From NCBI GenBank assembly GCA_951406725.2, contig OX597814.1, forward strand, positions 58,094,001 through 58,158,000: a stretch of DNA of 64,000 nucleotides. The letters run 5' to 3'. The stretch's first letter is position 1. Each line of letters starts with the position of its first letter. Made by a program: the position numbers and the translations under genes. Source of the stretch: Octopus vulgaris (lineage: Eukaryota). A model generated the notes under the pieces. The model made no database searches and was not told where the DNA came from. It saw nothing but the letters and a program-made list of their open reading frames with translations. Positions 13,721-25,369 of this stretch are shown here, piece after piece.

Positions 13721-15274
13721 TTTTCTCTTTTTATTAGATATCCATACTGTTATCATATTCCCATCTATAATATTTCGCTGCTTTTTTGTCCTCTACCATA
13801 TCTGCTCTCCTGGCATTGAATTATGGTTATTCGTTATGGGGAAAGCTCATAAAATTTTCATTCATTATCACGGTCTCTAGCTTTGGTATTTTATGACACT
13901 TTTCTACCGCTTAATGTCCCAGTGCAATCTTTCACCAGCACAATCATTTATGCTCATATACACCTTTTATGCTAGCCTACAGCATCCACTTAAAGAGACA
14001 ACAAATACTTTTATCTTCTTTCAACAGATTGTGTGTTTGCGCGCTCACTAACATAACCTGTGCCACTATTACTGTAGATTCCATTTTCCATTTCATAGAT
14101 TTAACCTATAGATTTTCCTTTTATTAATCCTCTGAAGCAAAACGTGGAGTCTCAGCTATACATTAAAGAATGAATACATTTCATTTTTCTGTGAACAGAA
14201 CTGACACTGTACTAAACTGATTTCATGCATCATAGAAAAACATATATTTAAAAACAAAGTTACAAAAGAGAAAACAGTAGTTTCCTTTCCTTGAAATTTT
14301 GATCAACTGCTGTATAGTAATAAGAAAAATATTATTGTAAAACATTATATATAGAGACGTTTATGCTAAACTCTCCATTCAGTTTGTTTATTCTTATATG
14401 TTAGATGATTTTAAGGTTGTAATAAATATTTTCAAAACTTTTAATGAAATTATAAATTTAATGACATTTACATCTTTTCTGAATATGACTATAGGATCAA
14501 ATGATTCATTTTTTCTCAAACAGATTTAATTTTCACGTCATCTCTGTTTTTTTTTATATGCAAATGTAACGTGTAAAGTAATGTATAATGCTCTTGTTGT
14601 GTTCGGCAACCCGTTGGGATAAACAGCTGTCAATTGTATTTGTCAAAATACAACCTTTTCAAAAGTCAAAACGCAGTGAAAGATGAATTACGTAGGTAGT
14701 GTATTGCAAAAATTTAGAATTTATCAAACGAATTCATTATATGCAGTTCAATTAACATTTCTCATTATATTCTGTAATCAGGATAGTAATTAAGCTGCAA
14801 TAAGGCTTCACAGTACAAATGGAATATTTATAGTCCCCGAAGCATCTAATATGCAATTGGTCTGAATATTTTATTAATATAATTAATTACGTTATGGTTT
14901 TTCCCCGAGAGAAAAGTTGTTTGAAAATATCTAAAGCTGCTTGCAAATTTCAAAGACTTGCCACCAATTCGCTTGAGAATGTCCAAACATTATTCATATT
15001 ATCATTACTATTACTTCTAACTAATCTATTACATAAAACGAGGTCTCAAAATTGGGGGAATGGAACAATCGATTATATCGTTCCCAGAAATGGAATGGTA
15101 ATATATTTTATTTAGCCAAGGATAAAATGCAATGTTGATTTCGGTTGGATTTGAACTGAAAGCCTAGTATGTCCAAAGTATGAAGCGCAAGTATAATTAA
15201 ACACACTAACGATTCTCTAAGCCCCGTTTCTCAACCACCAACAAACAAAATAATACTAATTACTAACAAAAAAT

Positions 15275-15675
15275 TGGTTTCAAATTCTGGCGCAATGTCA
15301 GCAATTTCGTGTGATGATGTATGTTGATTACTCATTTTATCGACATTACAGCTCAGAACGTAAAGACAGACGAAATGCATCTAAGCATTTTGCCTGACAG
15401 GCTAACGCTTCTCTCAGCTAACCACCTTAATTGCCACCCAAATTATGAAGACGATATTTATATCATTGGTCTTCAATGAAGCAGCACGCTTCTGGAATAG
15501 TTAACGCGTTGAACAAAGTACTAAGCAGCGTTTCTGACTTATTACGTTCTGAGTTCAAATTACTTCAAGATGAATTTGCTTTTCATTCTTTCGGGGTCGA
15601 TAAAATAATTACTAGTCATGTACTATGGTCAATGTAATCGACTTGCTTCTCTCCTCACGGTTGCTAGCCTTGTCT
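15275..15675. mobile_element. Two decayed SINE family 1 copies, head-to-head (- then +)
   Basis: ctcagaacgtaaagacagacgaaatg at about 15352 (-) and ttacgttctgagttcaaatt...ttcggggtcgataaa at about 15542 (+). Confidence 0.7.
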
Positions 15676-16198
15676 CCCCACCAAACAATTCTAACGAAAT
15701 TGAAGTTAGATTTACTTAGTCACAAATCCATCAGCGTATTTAACAAGTATGTAAGGTGAATTTATATTTTTACCATCCTCAGAATTTGTCTAGCGTTCCC
15801 CTATTACGATCGCCTAACCATTATTGTAAGACGCAATAACAGTGCTATTATATGGACCTCTCTGCTAGTTCCGTGGTCGTCCTTCAGTTGGACGTTCCGT
15901 TGTGGTGGTAGCACTGGTTATAATTACGTTCCTTTCTTTCCTAGCTAGCCTAAGAGTGTGATCGAGCAGTGTGACCGGTTACACTGAAAAGAATGGGAAC
16001 CGCAACCATGCGTTCACTGTAACAACGATGTGCATTTGTTGTGTTGCTTCTCAGTCACAACGCTATTATATTCCTCTTCTTATACTGTTGTATCACTGTG
16101 CAATCTATTAAATAACAACAGATTTTTCTCCAGCTTTCCCCCATATTTATCTGCCATACTATTACGTAACAACTGATTTCCCTCATGTTCTTCTCACG

Positions 16199-16231
<33 letters not shown>

Positions 16232-18846
16232 GACTGACGTGTTGTCACCTCGGCTCCGAAGGTAATCGTTTATTTTGACTATTTATAGCCCATATTTTGG
16301 GTACATTTTTGTAAATAAGTTGTGTAAGGCACCCAACTTTCGTTTGAGTGATTATGCAAGGGAGGAATTCGCCCCTAGGGGCAGTTTCAACCCTATTTAA
16401 TTTGTGTATTTTTCTTCTCGACATTAAAATATGTCGAGAAATGTTGTTGTAGAACGCTGGTCGCTTTCCTTTATGGACCAGCATTTTCCTAGACTTGAAA
16501 CGCTAGGAGAAAAAAAGAACTTATGCACGCACACACATTCGACAAAGACAAACCTGAGTGACGTGGTAGTGAACGCTACAACCACTTGCGGTAACAGCCC
16601 TGTCAGCACCACCACCACTAACAACAACAACAACGATACTACTACTGCTACCACCACCACCTCCACCACCATTTTATAGATAATTTTAGGCCCATCACTC
16701 TGCTCAACGCAGATTTGAAAATTTTGGCCAAAGTAATAGCCGAGAGGTTGGCGCTTGTCATTGGTAAACTGGTCGACAGGGCGCAAACATGCGCCGTGCC
16801 GAGCAGAGCCATGCAGGACAACCTCCATCTGATGTGCTACATTGTGGACAGGGTAGTTAAGGATCCTGGCATGGGTGGGGCGCTGATCAATTTGGATCAG
16901 TCTAAAGTCTTCGATAGGGTCGAACATCGGTACTTGGCGGCCGTCCTCAGGGCGGCTGGCTTCGGTCCCGTCTTCCGCGGTTGGATCGCTGCCTTGTATA
17001 GCGGCATCCGATCGGTGATTCGGGTGAACGGTCACCTGTCGAAACCGTTTGACATCCCGCGTTCGGTCCGTCAGGGGTGTCCCCTGTCGGCGCTTCTGTA
17101 TGTACTGACTCTCGAGCCGCTACTGCGGAAGCTGGCGACACTGAGGGGCATACCACGGGAACTGGGTTGCGGGACGAGCGTGTCGGCATATGCGGACAAT
17201 GTCACCGTCATGGTGTCGAGCGAAAAACACATCCAGATGCTAGGCGGGATACTAAGAAAAACGAAACGGTGACGGGAGCGAAGATTAACCCGGAAAAGTC
17301 AGTGGGTTTGCTACTCGGCACCTGGAGAAGCAAGCCCGTGCCGTCCGACTGAGGCTCAGTAGTGGGACGCTGGACGGACGGACCGGTTAAATTGCTCGGG
17401 GTCTGGTTCAGTTCGGACCTCCAAATGGATAAGAACTGGGACGAGATCACGAGTAGAGTGGTCGCTCTCAGCCAAACATGAGCCGAGAGAAAGCTGTCTC
17501 TAAAAGGCCGGGCGGAGGTGGCGAACGCGTACATCGCATCCGTCATCGATTACCGCCTGACCGCCGTGCCTTGTCCCGACCCTACCATCACCAAACTGGA
17601 ACGCATACTCTTCCGCTTCCTGTGGAAGGGTGGCGTTCCGATGGTGAGGAAGTCCATTTGCTGTCAACATCCGTTGAATGGAGGACTGGGCATGCCGTGG
17701 TTGATGATGCGCAGGCATACGCTGAGACTGCGACATCTCTGGAACTTCATCGACGACGGTGAACAGGTGTGGGCGCCGTTTGTGAGGCGCCACTTCCCGC
17801 AGCTCGTCTCACTGACCGAACTGCAAACGTGGATCAAGAAGAGACCGAAACTGGGCGATTGGCACCGAGAGTGTCGCCAAGCTCTACAGCAGCTCTGCCG
17901 ACCGGGGTCAAACTTGTGCAACTTACAAACGACTAAAGCGTTCTATAGAGGACTAGTGGAGGGGAGGTCCGACGACACACTCGGGGCAAACCTGGGCGTC
18001 GACGAGAAATTCCTAACCCGCCTTTTCAGGACGACGTTCGGGCCGGGGCCTATGGATAACTCCTAGAAATCCCTGGCTTGGCAGTGCTATCGAGACGCAC
18101 TACCTGTTCGAGAGAAGAGCTGCAGGCACGGTTCGAAAACCATCACCGGACCGACCTGCCCGAGATGCGGTCAGAGTGACGAAACCGTTCTGCATGCACT
18201 CGTGCAGTGTCCAGATATTTCAGAGCTGTGGACCTTCGTCGAACAGCTGTTGTCGCGTGTGGGTCGGGCCCGCCTATCGGCCGAGTCTGTCGTGTATATT
18301 GTTCCACCACCTTCCTTTAAACGGGAAGGGAAAACGGTTTTCGTTACGCTGATGGCTATGGCGAAAGAATGTGTGTGGTGGACGCGTTTGAAAGGACTGC
18401 AAACAAACACCTTCCTCTCTGGTCAGTCTCTCGTCAACTTTTTCAAGTACCACTTGAAAATGAGGATGAGAATAGAGAAGAAGGCTTTGTCGAACGAATG
18501 TTTTAATGAAAAGTGGGTAAAAGTGACAAAAATGGTCAGTATGAAAGACGACACTATTTTAAGCGTAAATCTGTAAGGCGACTTACTCATGTGTTCATTT
18601 TCGAACTGTCTGAGGTGACCTTGGTCTTTTTTGTAGGTATTTCTTTTCAAGGCTACACCTAAACTGTGAACTTTATATATATATATTACTTTTTTATACA
18701 CCATACAACCCACAGATCCCTATTGATCGAACGTTTTTTTTTTTTTTGGTATGTCCCACTCATCCCACCTCGAAAAGAAAAAAACTCTACATTGTATTTC
18801 GTCCATTATTATTCTATGTTTAGCCCTGTGTGGTCACAATAAAAAG

Positions 18847-18848
<2 letters not shown>
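16232..18848 (+). mobile_element. Tx1/L1-group non-LTR retrotransposon, probably internally deleted, between (TATC)n tracts
   Basis: GC-rich RT region plus CCHC knuckle; AATAAA at 18838-18843; (CTAT)n at 16199-16231 and from 18848. Including 16232-16675 as the 5' part is an inference. Confidence 0.8.
16676..18576 (+). pseudogene. Disrupted ORF2 (RT plus C-terminal zinc knuckle) of the Tx1/L1-type LINE
   Basis: IDNFRPITLLNADLKILAK, LDQSKVFDRVEH, SVRQGCPLSALLY, AYADN (ADD to ADN), KINPEKS, LSLKGRAEVAN, GGLGMP and CPRCGQSDETVLHALVQC. Frameshift near 17260 and stops near 17350, 17479 and 18064. Confidence 0.92.
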
Positions 18849-18882
<34 letters not shown>

Positions 18883-18883
18883 A

Positions 18884-18923
<40 letters not shown>

Positions 18924-18927
18924 AATC

Positions 18928-18999
<72 letters not shown>

Positions 19000-19000
19000 G

Positions 19001-19069
<69 letters not shown>

Positions 19070-19092
19070 TTCTCAATCTATCTAGTTATATG

Positions 19093-19138
<46 letters not shown>

Positions 19139-19155
19139 CATCCATCCATCCATCC

Positions 19156-19226
<71 letters not shown>
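18848..19226. repeat. (TATC)n tetranucleotide array, ~380 bp
   Basis: Directly visible. Confidence 0.95.
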
Positions 19227-19227
<1 letters not shown>

Positions 19228-19654
19228 GTGTGTGTGTGTGTCTGCCTGCCTGTGTGCACTTGTGTGTGTCACTATGTGGATGTGTGCATGTATCAGTACG
19301 ACATTAAACTGCATGCAGTAGCTGGGCCCTGCCATTGGGCTCCAGGGTTTTTGAAGAGAATAGAAATACCACTTAAATAATATTGTTCCCAGGTTTAATC
19401 TACTCCGGAGTTGGATCATGTGATAGTGTCCCAGCGACTAGTTAATTGGGAGTGAAGCATCCATAGTTCTCATTAGAACTTCCTTCTCGAAGGCAATCTC
19501 ATTAAAACACCGGAAGTGCAATTGTTTTCTGGTTGTCTCAACCTCTGTTTTGCAACTGATGTTTTGCGCAGACTCACGGACCTACTGACTTTAGGAAGTA
19601 GATTTACTCAGTCACAAGTTAACCTACACCAATGTATGTATGGGAACATATATA

Positions 19655-19762
19655 GGTGTAGGCGTAACTGTGTGGTAAGAAGCTTGCTTCCCATCCACAT
19701 ACTAATATAGCATCGGGCCGAGGATTTGGTTGACGGAAACTGAAAGAAGCTCGTCGCATATG
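19655..19762 (+). mobile_element. tRNA-derived SINE family 2, internally deleted
   Basis: gtgtggtaagaagcttgcttccc...gatttggttgacggaaactgaaagaagctcgtcg; related copy at about 23740-23822. Confidence 0.65.
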
Positions 19763-19971
19763 CACGTGTGTGTGTATATGCGTGCGTGTATTTATGTGTG
19801 TACCTCTGCGTTTTTGGCTTCATCCTACAAGCTCACTGCCTTACCCAACAAAGCATATTTTGTTAAGCTGAAACTGTTCCTAAAGTAAAAATAAAGGGAT
19901 TAGTAAAACTATTTTTAGATTTCCTAAAAAAGCAACATTTTGGACTCATGACACTTTTGCATAATAGCAAC

Positions 19972-20019
<48 letters not shown>

Positions 20020-20069
20020 TGTATGTATGTATGTATGTATATACGTGCGTGAGTCTTCTATGACACCAT

Positions 20070-21305
20070 AAGTCAGGAACAAGGGTATACATCTTGTCGG
20101 GTGTCCGCTTTATAGGGGTGTGCCTCTGTGTACATGGGTGCCTTGCTGTGAGCTTTGCCAGGCCCGTGGGAATTATTGAAAGGTCGAGGCTGGGGTCCTG
20201 TGGTCGCAGGCATGGTAGGCCACACAGGCACTATAGGATGTACTTCCTTTCATGTGGGCACGGATTAAACGCCTCACACCTGCTATTCAGGTAAATATCC
20301 AGGTGTTGGGTACCCTTTAAAATTGCTCTCTTTTCATCAGACACAACGTGCACTTCCTGCCGCTATTGAAGTACGGTTTGCATTTCTCCAGGATCTTCCA
20401 CATTTTACTGTAGTCTTTGGCACTTTCTTTTAAAAACCAAACGTGCTTTGCTAGGTTGCTAAAGCGGATTCTGAAGGGGCCTTCCGTTGCCCCCACATGC
20501 GTCCGCTCGCCCGCTTCCCCATTGGGTCCTCTGGCTTTTATCCCTCCTTCGTATACAACTGTCTCCGTGTTACAGTGTCCGTTCAGCGGATAAGTTGCGT
20601 TACCTCTGCATGAGCAGACCAGAGAGCTGAGTAAACTCATCATCAGAAATGTTAGTAACGGCGTTAGAAATGCCTCTGACCTCGCCCTATGGCGCAACAC
20701 CAACGAGGTCATTACATAGTTCAAGGTAGGGGTAGAGCTAGAATTACCCAGTTTGATATAGTGGATTTCTATCCATCTATATCAATGGAGATCCTGTTAA
20801 AGACACTGGACTTCGCTAGGGCCCACACAGAAGTCAGCGACGAGGATGTTGAAGGAGGACCTGTGGTTGTTAAAGTGGGTTCTGAAAGGCATTCCGTTGC
20901 CCTGAAACACTTCCACAAGCTCGGTAGCGCATGGGGTCCGCTAGCTACTACCTACGCTTCGTATACAACTTTCTCCTTGTTACAGTGGATGTTTAGAAGA
21001 CGACTTGTGTTACCTCTGCATGAGCAGATCGGACAAGTGAGAAAACGGTTCATCAAAAAGATCGGTTATGGTGTTAGACACGCCTCTGATCTCGCCCTAT
21101 GGTACAACACCAACGAGGTCATTACATATTTTAAGGCCAATAACAATAGAGGTAGAGCTAAGTTACCCAATTTAATATAGTAGACTTTTGATATAGTGGA
21201 GCTCCTGTTAAAGGCACGGAACTTCGCTAAGAGCCACACTGAATTCAGAAACGAGGGCATATGCATTATTATGCACGCCAGAATATCTTAAATCTTCAGT
21301 AAGAG
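20070..21305. mobile_element. Rearranged Penelope-like element fragments in alternating orientation
   Basis: Minus strand: CSCRG...PLNGHCNTETVVYEG...HVGATEGPF...LAKHVW...CTLC (GIY-YIG region). Plus strand: LALWRNTNEVI...QFDIVDFYPSIS (PLE RT). The -/+ pair repeats at about 20855-21305. Confidence 0.8.
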
Positions 21306-21344
21306 GTCAGGATGGGACAAACATTCTGATCCAGTGGTTTCCTT

Positions 21345-22173
21345 CGATGGGCAATGGGTTCCGTTCAAGCAATTCGTAACGAATAATCCCTTCCCAGTCC
21401 CACCATACGCACAACATCGTTTTACGCGGATGAAGATCTTGTTTCACGCGCGGTATCGCTTGATTACCGGAGCTAAACCATTCCTTACGCGACTCCATAT
21501 TGATGTACATGCACCATTTTCCATCGCCAGTAATGATTTGGTAAAGAAATCGTTGCTTGTGTCCATGAATTGAGCGGGGACGAGCAAGCAAACCAGCGGA
21601 GATTGTGGCTCGTTGATTTTTGTTGTTACTTAAAGCAGGCGGAAGCTATGTTCCATACTTCTGAAACTTTCCCATCGAGTGAAGATGCGTCTGTATAGCA
21701 GTGTGGGAGCATTCCATATTTTCTGTCAGTTCCCTTGTCGTTTGACGAGAAATTTCGTGCAAAAGTTGGTTTAATCGCTCTTCATCGAACTCAACTGGAC
21801 ATCCAGAACAAGGTGCGACTTTGAGGTCAAAATCTCCATTTTTGAACTTGGTATACCAATCACGAGCGGTTCTTTCAGCTATGGCACCCTCTCCATACAC
21901 AGCACAAATGTCCCGAGCAGCTTTTGCGGCCTTAGAACCTTGATTACAAGCAAAATGAAGGAGGTATCGAAAATTCTGTTTTTTTTTTACTTGACATTTC
22001 ATTTTAATGATCTGAAAATAAACAAAAATTAACTAAAACTGGAAAAAACCCAAAATAGGTTCCAAAAGGATTCAAAAATAGAATTCTCGAAAAGAAAAAT
22101 AGATTACAAAATTTAAAAACGCAGTAAATTCCAAAATTTAAGAAAACCGCGGGAACTTAGTCGCTAATCCAAC
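21345..22173 (-). mobile_element. Mariner (DD34D type) element, 3'-truncated, inserted into the Penelope remnant
   Basis: ORF pieces ...ARDICAVYGEGAIAERTARDWYTKFKNGDFDL... and IITGDGKWCMY...LHPRKTMLCVWWD; TIR-like tgttggattagcgactaagttcccgcggtttt on - at about 22144-22173. Confidence 0.85.
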
Positions 22174-22179
22174 AGATAT

Positions 22180-23220
22180 ACGAAAAACGAAGTTCCCTTC
22201 AACTAGCTTTGGACTCTACGGAGGTGAAGCACTGGCAATATCAAGAAGGACTAATGACCACATGCTAGATAGGGTCAGAAAGCGCTTCACAGGCATCATG
22301 AACTCCCTTGAACTGAAGGTCACAATAGAGACCAACTTGAAAACGGTAGATTTCCTTGACATGACCCTGGATCTAGAATCCGGTGCCTACAGGCCACTTC
22401 GGAAACCAAATGAAAAACTATCATACATTGACATATATACTTCCCATCCAATCACAGTGTTCAGTAACTTGATCAAGGGCGTTAACAGGAAGATATAGAG
22501 CTTATCATGAGGCAGAGAAATCTTTGATGTTGCAGCCCCGTAATACAACAGGGCTCTGATTGCTAGCAGTTTTAATTATATGCCAGACGCTAACCCCCCA
22601 AGAGAAAGCTCCACCAGAAAGTGATGTGGTTCACGTCACCCTTCTCTTTGAATATTAAAACCAGAGTGGGTAATATCTTAGTTTAGTTGATAAACACTTT
22701 CTCCGTAGTAATAGATTCAACAAAATATTTAACAGATATACCCTGAGACTATCCTTTAGCTGTGCACCTAGTGTAAAAAAGATTTTAGTAGGTAGGCCTA
22801 CGCCTGAGGCAGAGGCAGGATACTCATGCAGGGGTAAAACAACTTGTCCACTGAAGAACCACTGTAACACGGAGACAGTTGTATACGTAGCAGGGGTAAC
22901 AGTCATAGAACCTGATGGGTAACCGTGCGTGCAGATGTATGTGGTAGCAACGGAAAGCCCCTTCAGTATCCTCTTTAACAACCACAGGTCCTCCTTCAAT
23001 ATTCCGGAGATAGGTAACGCCACAACATTAGCCAAGCACGTTTGGTCTTTGAAAGAAAGCACCACAGAGTACAGCATAACGTGGAAAATCCCGGAGAAAT
23101 GCAAACCGTACTTCGAGAGCAGCAGGTTGTGCCCGGCTGAGAAGAGAGCAATTTTAAAGGGTAACCAACGTCTGAATATTTGCCTGAATAGCAGGAGTGA
23201 GGTATAATACAATGAAAAGT
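22180..23220 (+). pseudogene. Penelope-like element: RT C-terminus plus GIY-YIG endonuclease, disrupted
   Basis: LELKVTIETNLKTVDFLDMTLDLESGAYRPLRKPNEKLSYI...SHP; SCRGKTTCPLKNHCNTETVVYVA; FNNHRSSFN; TTLAKHVWSLK. Confidence 0.85.
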
Positions 23221-23239
23221 GTTGTAATGAAAGATATGT

Positions 23240-23690
23240 CTGAATATGTGGTCTGGGTGAGATATTCGGAATTTTCTATACGACAATCGTCGTGTGTTTA
23301 TTAACACAAAATGTATACAGTTTGGAATTGGTGTGGCAACAGTACACATAATTATTCTTAGAGACATGAGCATGCGCAAATGTTGTGCAAAATTTGTTCG
23401 AATGCTGTTCAGTAACAAGCGTCCTCTTAACAACTACTCCACTGAGTGGGGATCAATACATGACCCTCACCATCTCTACCGTCCCCACGTGACTACCAGT
23501 GACTTTAATTGTTCCACAAGCTGAATGATATCCTCATGGGGAACTCGTTTTTAATATGAAGAAGGCTGTGACAAGCGTTATGGATACCTTCACTCAGGAA
23601 TGTTTCCTTGTGGCCTTCACGAAGTAGCTAGATTACTACAAACGGCGCATTGAAGTCAGGAAATCGTAGTTTCAAGGTGACTAGAGTTTT
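23240..23690 (+). pseudogene. Decayed mariner transposase fragments
   Basis: GIGVATVHIIILRDMSMRKCCAKFV (HTH linker) and PHHLYRPHVTTSDF (degenerate HPPYSPDLAPSDF). Confidence 0.6.
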
Positions 23691-23821
23691 GTAAATCTTT
23701 GAAAAGGCGTAGCCGTGGTAAACAGGCACAGGCGAAGTTGTGTGGTAAGAGGTTTGCTTCCTGGCCACATGGTTCCTTGTGAGTGGACTCGATAGACAGA
23801 AACCGAAAGAAACCCGTCGTA

Positions 23822-24696
23822 TACGTGGTCTGATCAATAAGTAGCCGGACGTTGCTATAAAGCACGCAGAGTAAAGCTACTTGGAACAAATTGAACTATG
23901 CTGTGCATGTGCACTAAGTTTTAAAGTTCCAGCAAACTTCCGTTGTCCACAACAGTGTTTGGAAGGAATGTGTGTAGCATGTGATCGTTGCATTGATCAT
24001 GACAGACAAAGATGAGCAGAAAATCTGCATCAAATCTTGCCAAAAGCTTGGCGTTACCTGCTCAGAGGCCTACGCAAAGTTTTCAATAAATTTTCATCGT
24101 CCTCGGCACGATCAAGGAGATCTTGTGCAACTGAAATTCGAGTGGCATTTTTGATTAGCTGAAAGCAATTTTTGCACAAACTTGTCAGACACGCGTCTCA
24201 TACACAAATCTTCAGTGATAATGGACTGAACTGAACCGTAACTAATCTGCGTATCTGATAACTGACGGATGGTGATTCGACGATTTCCTCTCACGGCTGC
24301 ATGCACGTCTACGATGTTTTTCTCAGTTGTCATGGTTGCGAGTCTCCCAGACGTTCATCAGTATCAAAATGTTTTAAGCTATCTTGGAAACGTCTGAACC
24401 ACTCGGATACTTGTGTGTAGCTCATACACTTCTCTCTACACAATTTCTGCAACTTTGCTTAGGGCTCTCAGCGGGTGTCGCCATGACAACTTTCTCTGTC
24501 ATGGTCAATGCGACGATCACACGCTACACACCATCCTTTTGAGCACTGCTTTAACTAGCGGAAGTGCGCTAGATCGTTAAATCTAAGAGCACATGCACAG
24601 CAGAGTTCAAGGTCAATCTTTGCGAAGCGGCTTTCTCTGCGTTCTTCAACTTCGTTACTCTGGCAACGGTCCTGATACTTATTGAACAGACCTCGT
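23822..24696. mobile_element. Non-autonomous mariner derivative built from two inverted 5' ends
   Basis: Termini cgtggtctgatcaataagtagccggacgttgc and the reverse complement of gcaacggtcctgatacttattgaacagacctcg. The + arm encodes MTDKDEQKICIKSCQKLG; the - arm encodes MTEKV...NRRITIRQL...ISYGSVQSIITEDLCMRRVS. Confidence 0.8.
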
Positions 24697-24699
24697 GTA

Positions 24700-24774
<75 letters not shown>

Positions 24775-25221
24775 ATCGGTGTTTACGTCCCGAAAACAGT
24801 AACGTGCTTAAAAACATTTCTTAGCGGAATTCATTCGACTGAAAAGTCTTCAACTCGCTATTCCAGCGTGCCGTCAATCTAATGACAGAATCAATTTAAA
24901 GAGAAATATCTTGCATGAAAAAATCCGAAGATTTTTGCTATATACCTTTTATATATTTACTTTTACATTCAATATTCTTCGGGAGTAGATTACTTCATAT
25001 AGTTCTTGGTTCAAACGTTTAGGCGTTATACTGTTATAATAAGAAAGAATAAACTAAATCTTCGATCTTATCTTTGAGTTATTGCGCTCCTCATTTCGTA
25101 ATTAGATATTGTTTATCTGTACCCCTTTTGCAACAACTTGTCATGTGATTTTTCTCACATACGTCTTCTGACCTTTTGTAATCCCATATATAATTCGGGT
25201 TTCTTTTTTTTTATCTTTTAC

Positions 25222-25352
25222 ATTTTACTTGTTTCAGTCATTAAACTGCGGTCATGCCGGGCGACCACTTTGAACTTTAAGTCGAGGGATCGACCCTAGT
25301 ACTTATTTTTTAAATCTGGTACTTATTCTATCGGTCTATTTTGCTGAACCGG
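25222..25352 (-). mobile_element. SINE 3' fragment (relative of family 1)
   Basis: ttttacttgtttcagtcatt...atcgaccctagtact...ctggtacttattctatcggtc. Confidence 0.5.
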
Positions 25353-25369
25353 ACAGCTGTCATGACGCT

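Noticed and set aside
16424-17035. 203-aa minus-strand ORF and other antisense ORFs at 16947-18713
   Set aside because: Shadow frames of the GC-rich LINE ORF2 on the opposite strand.
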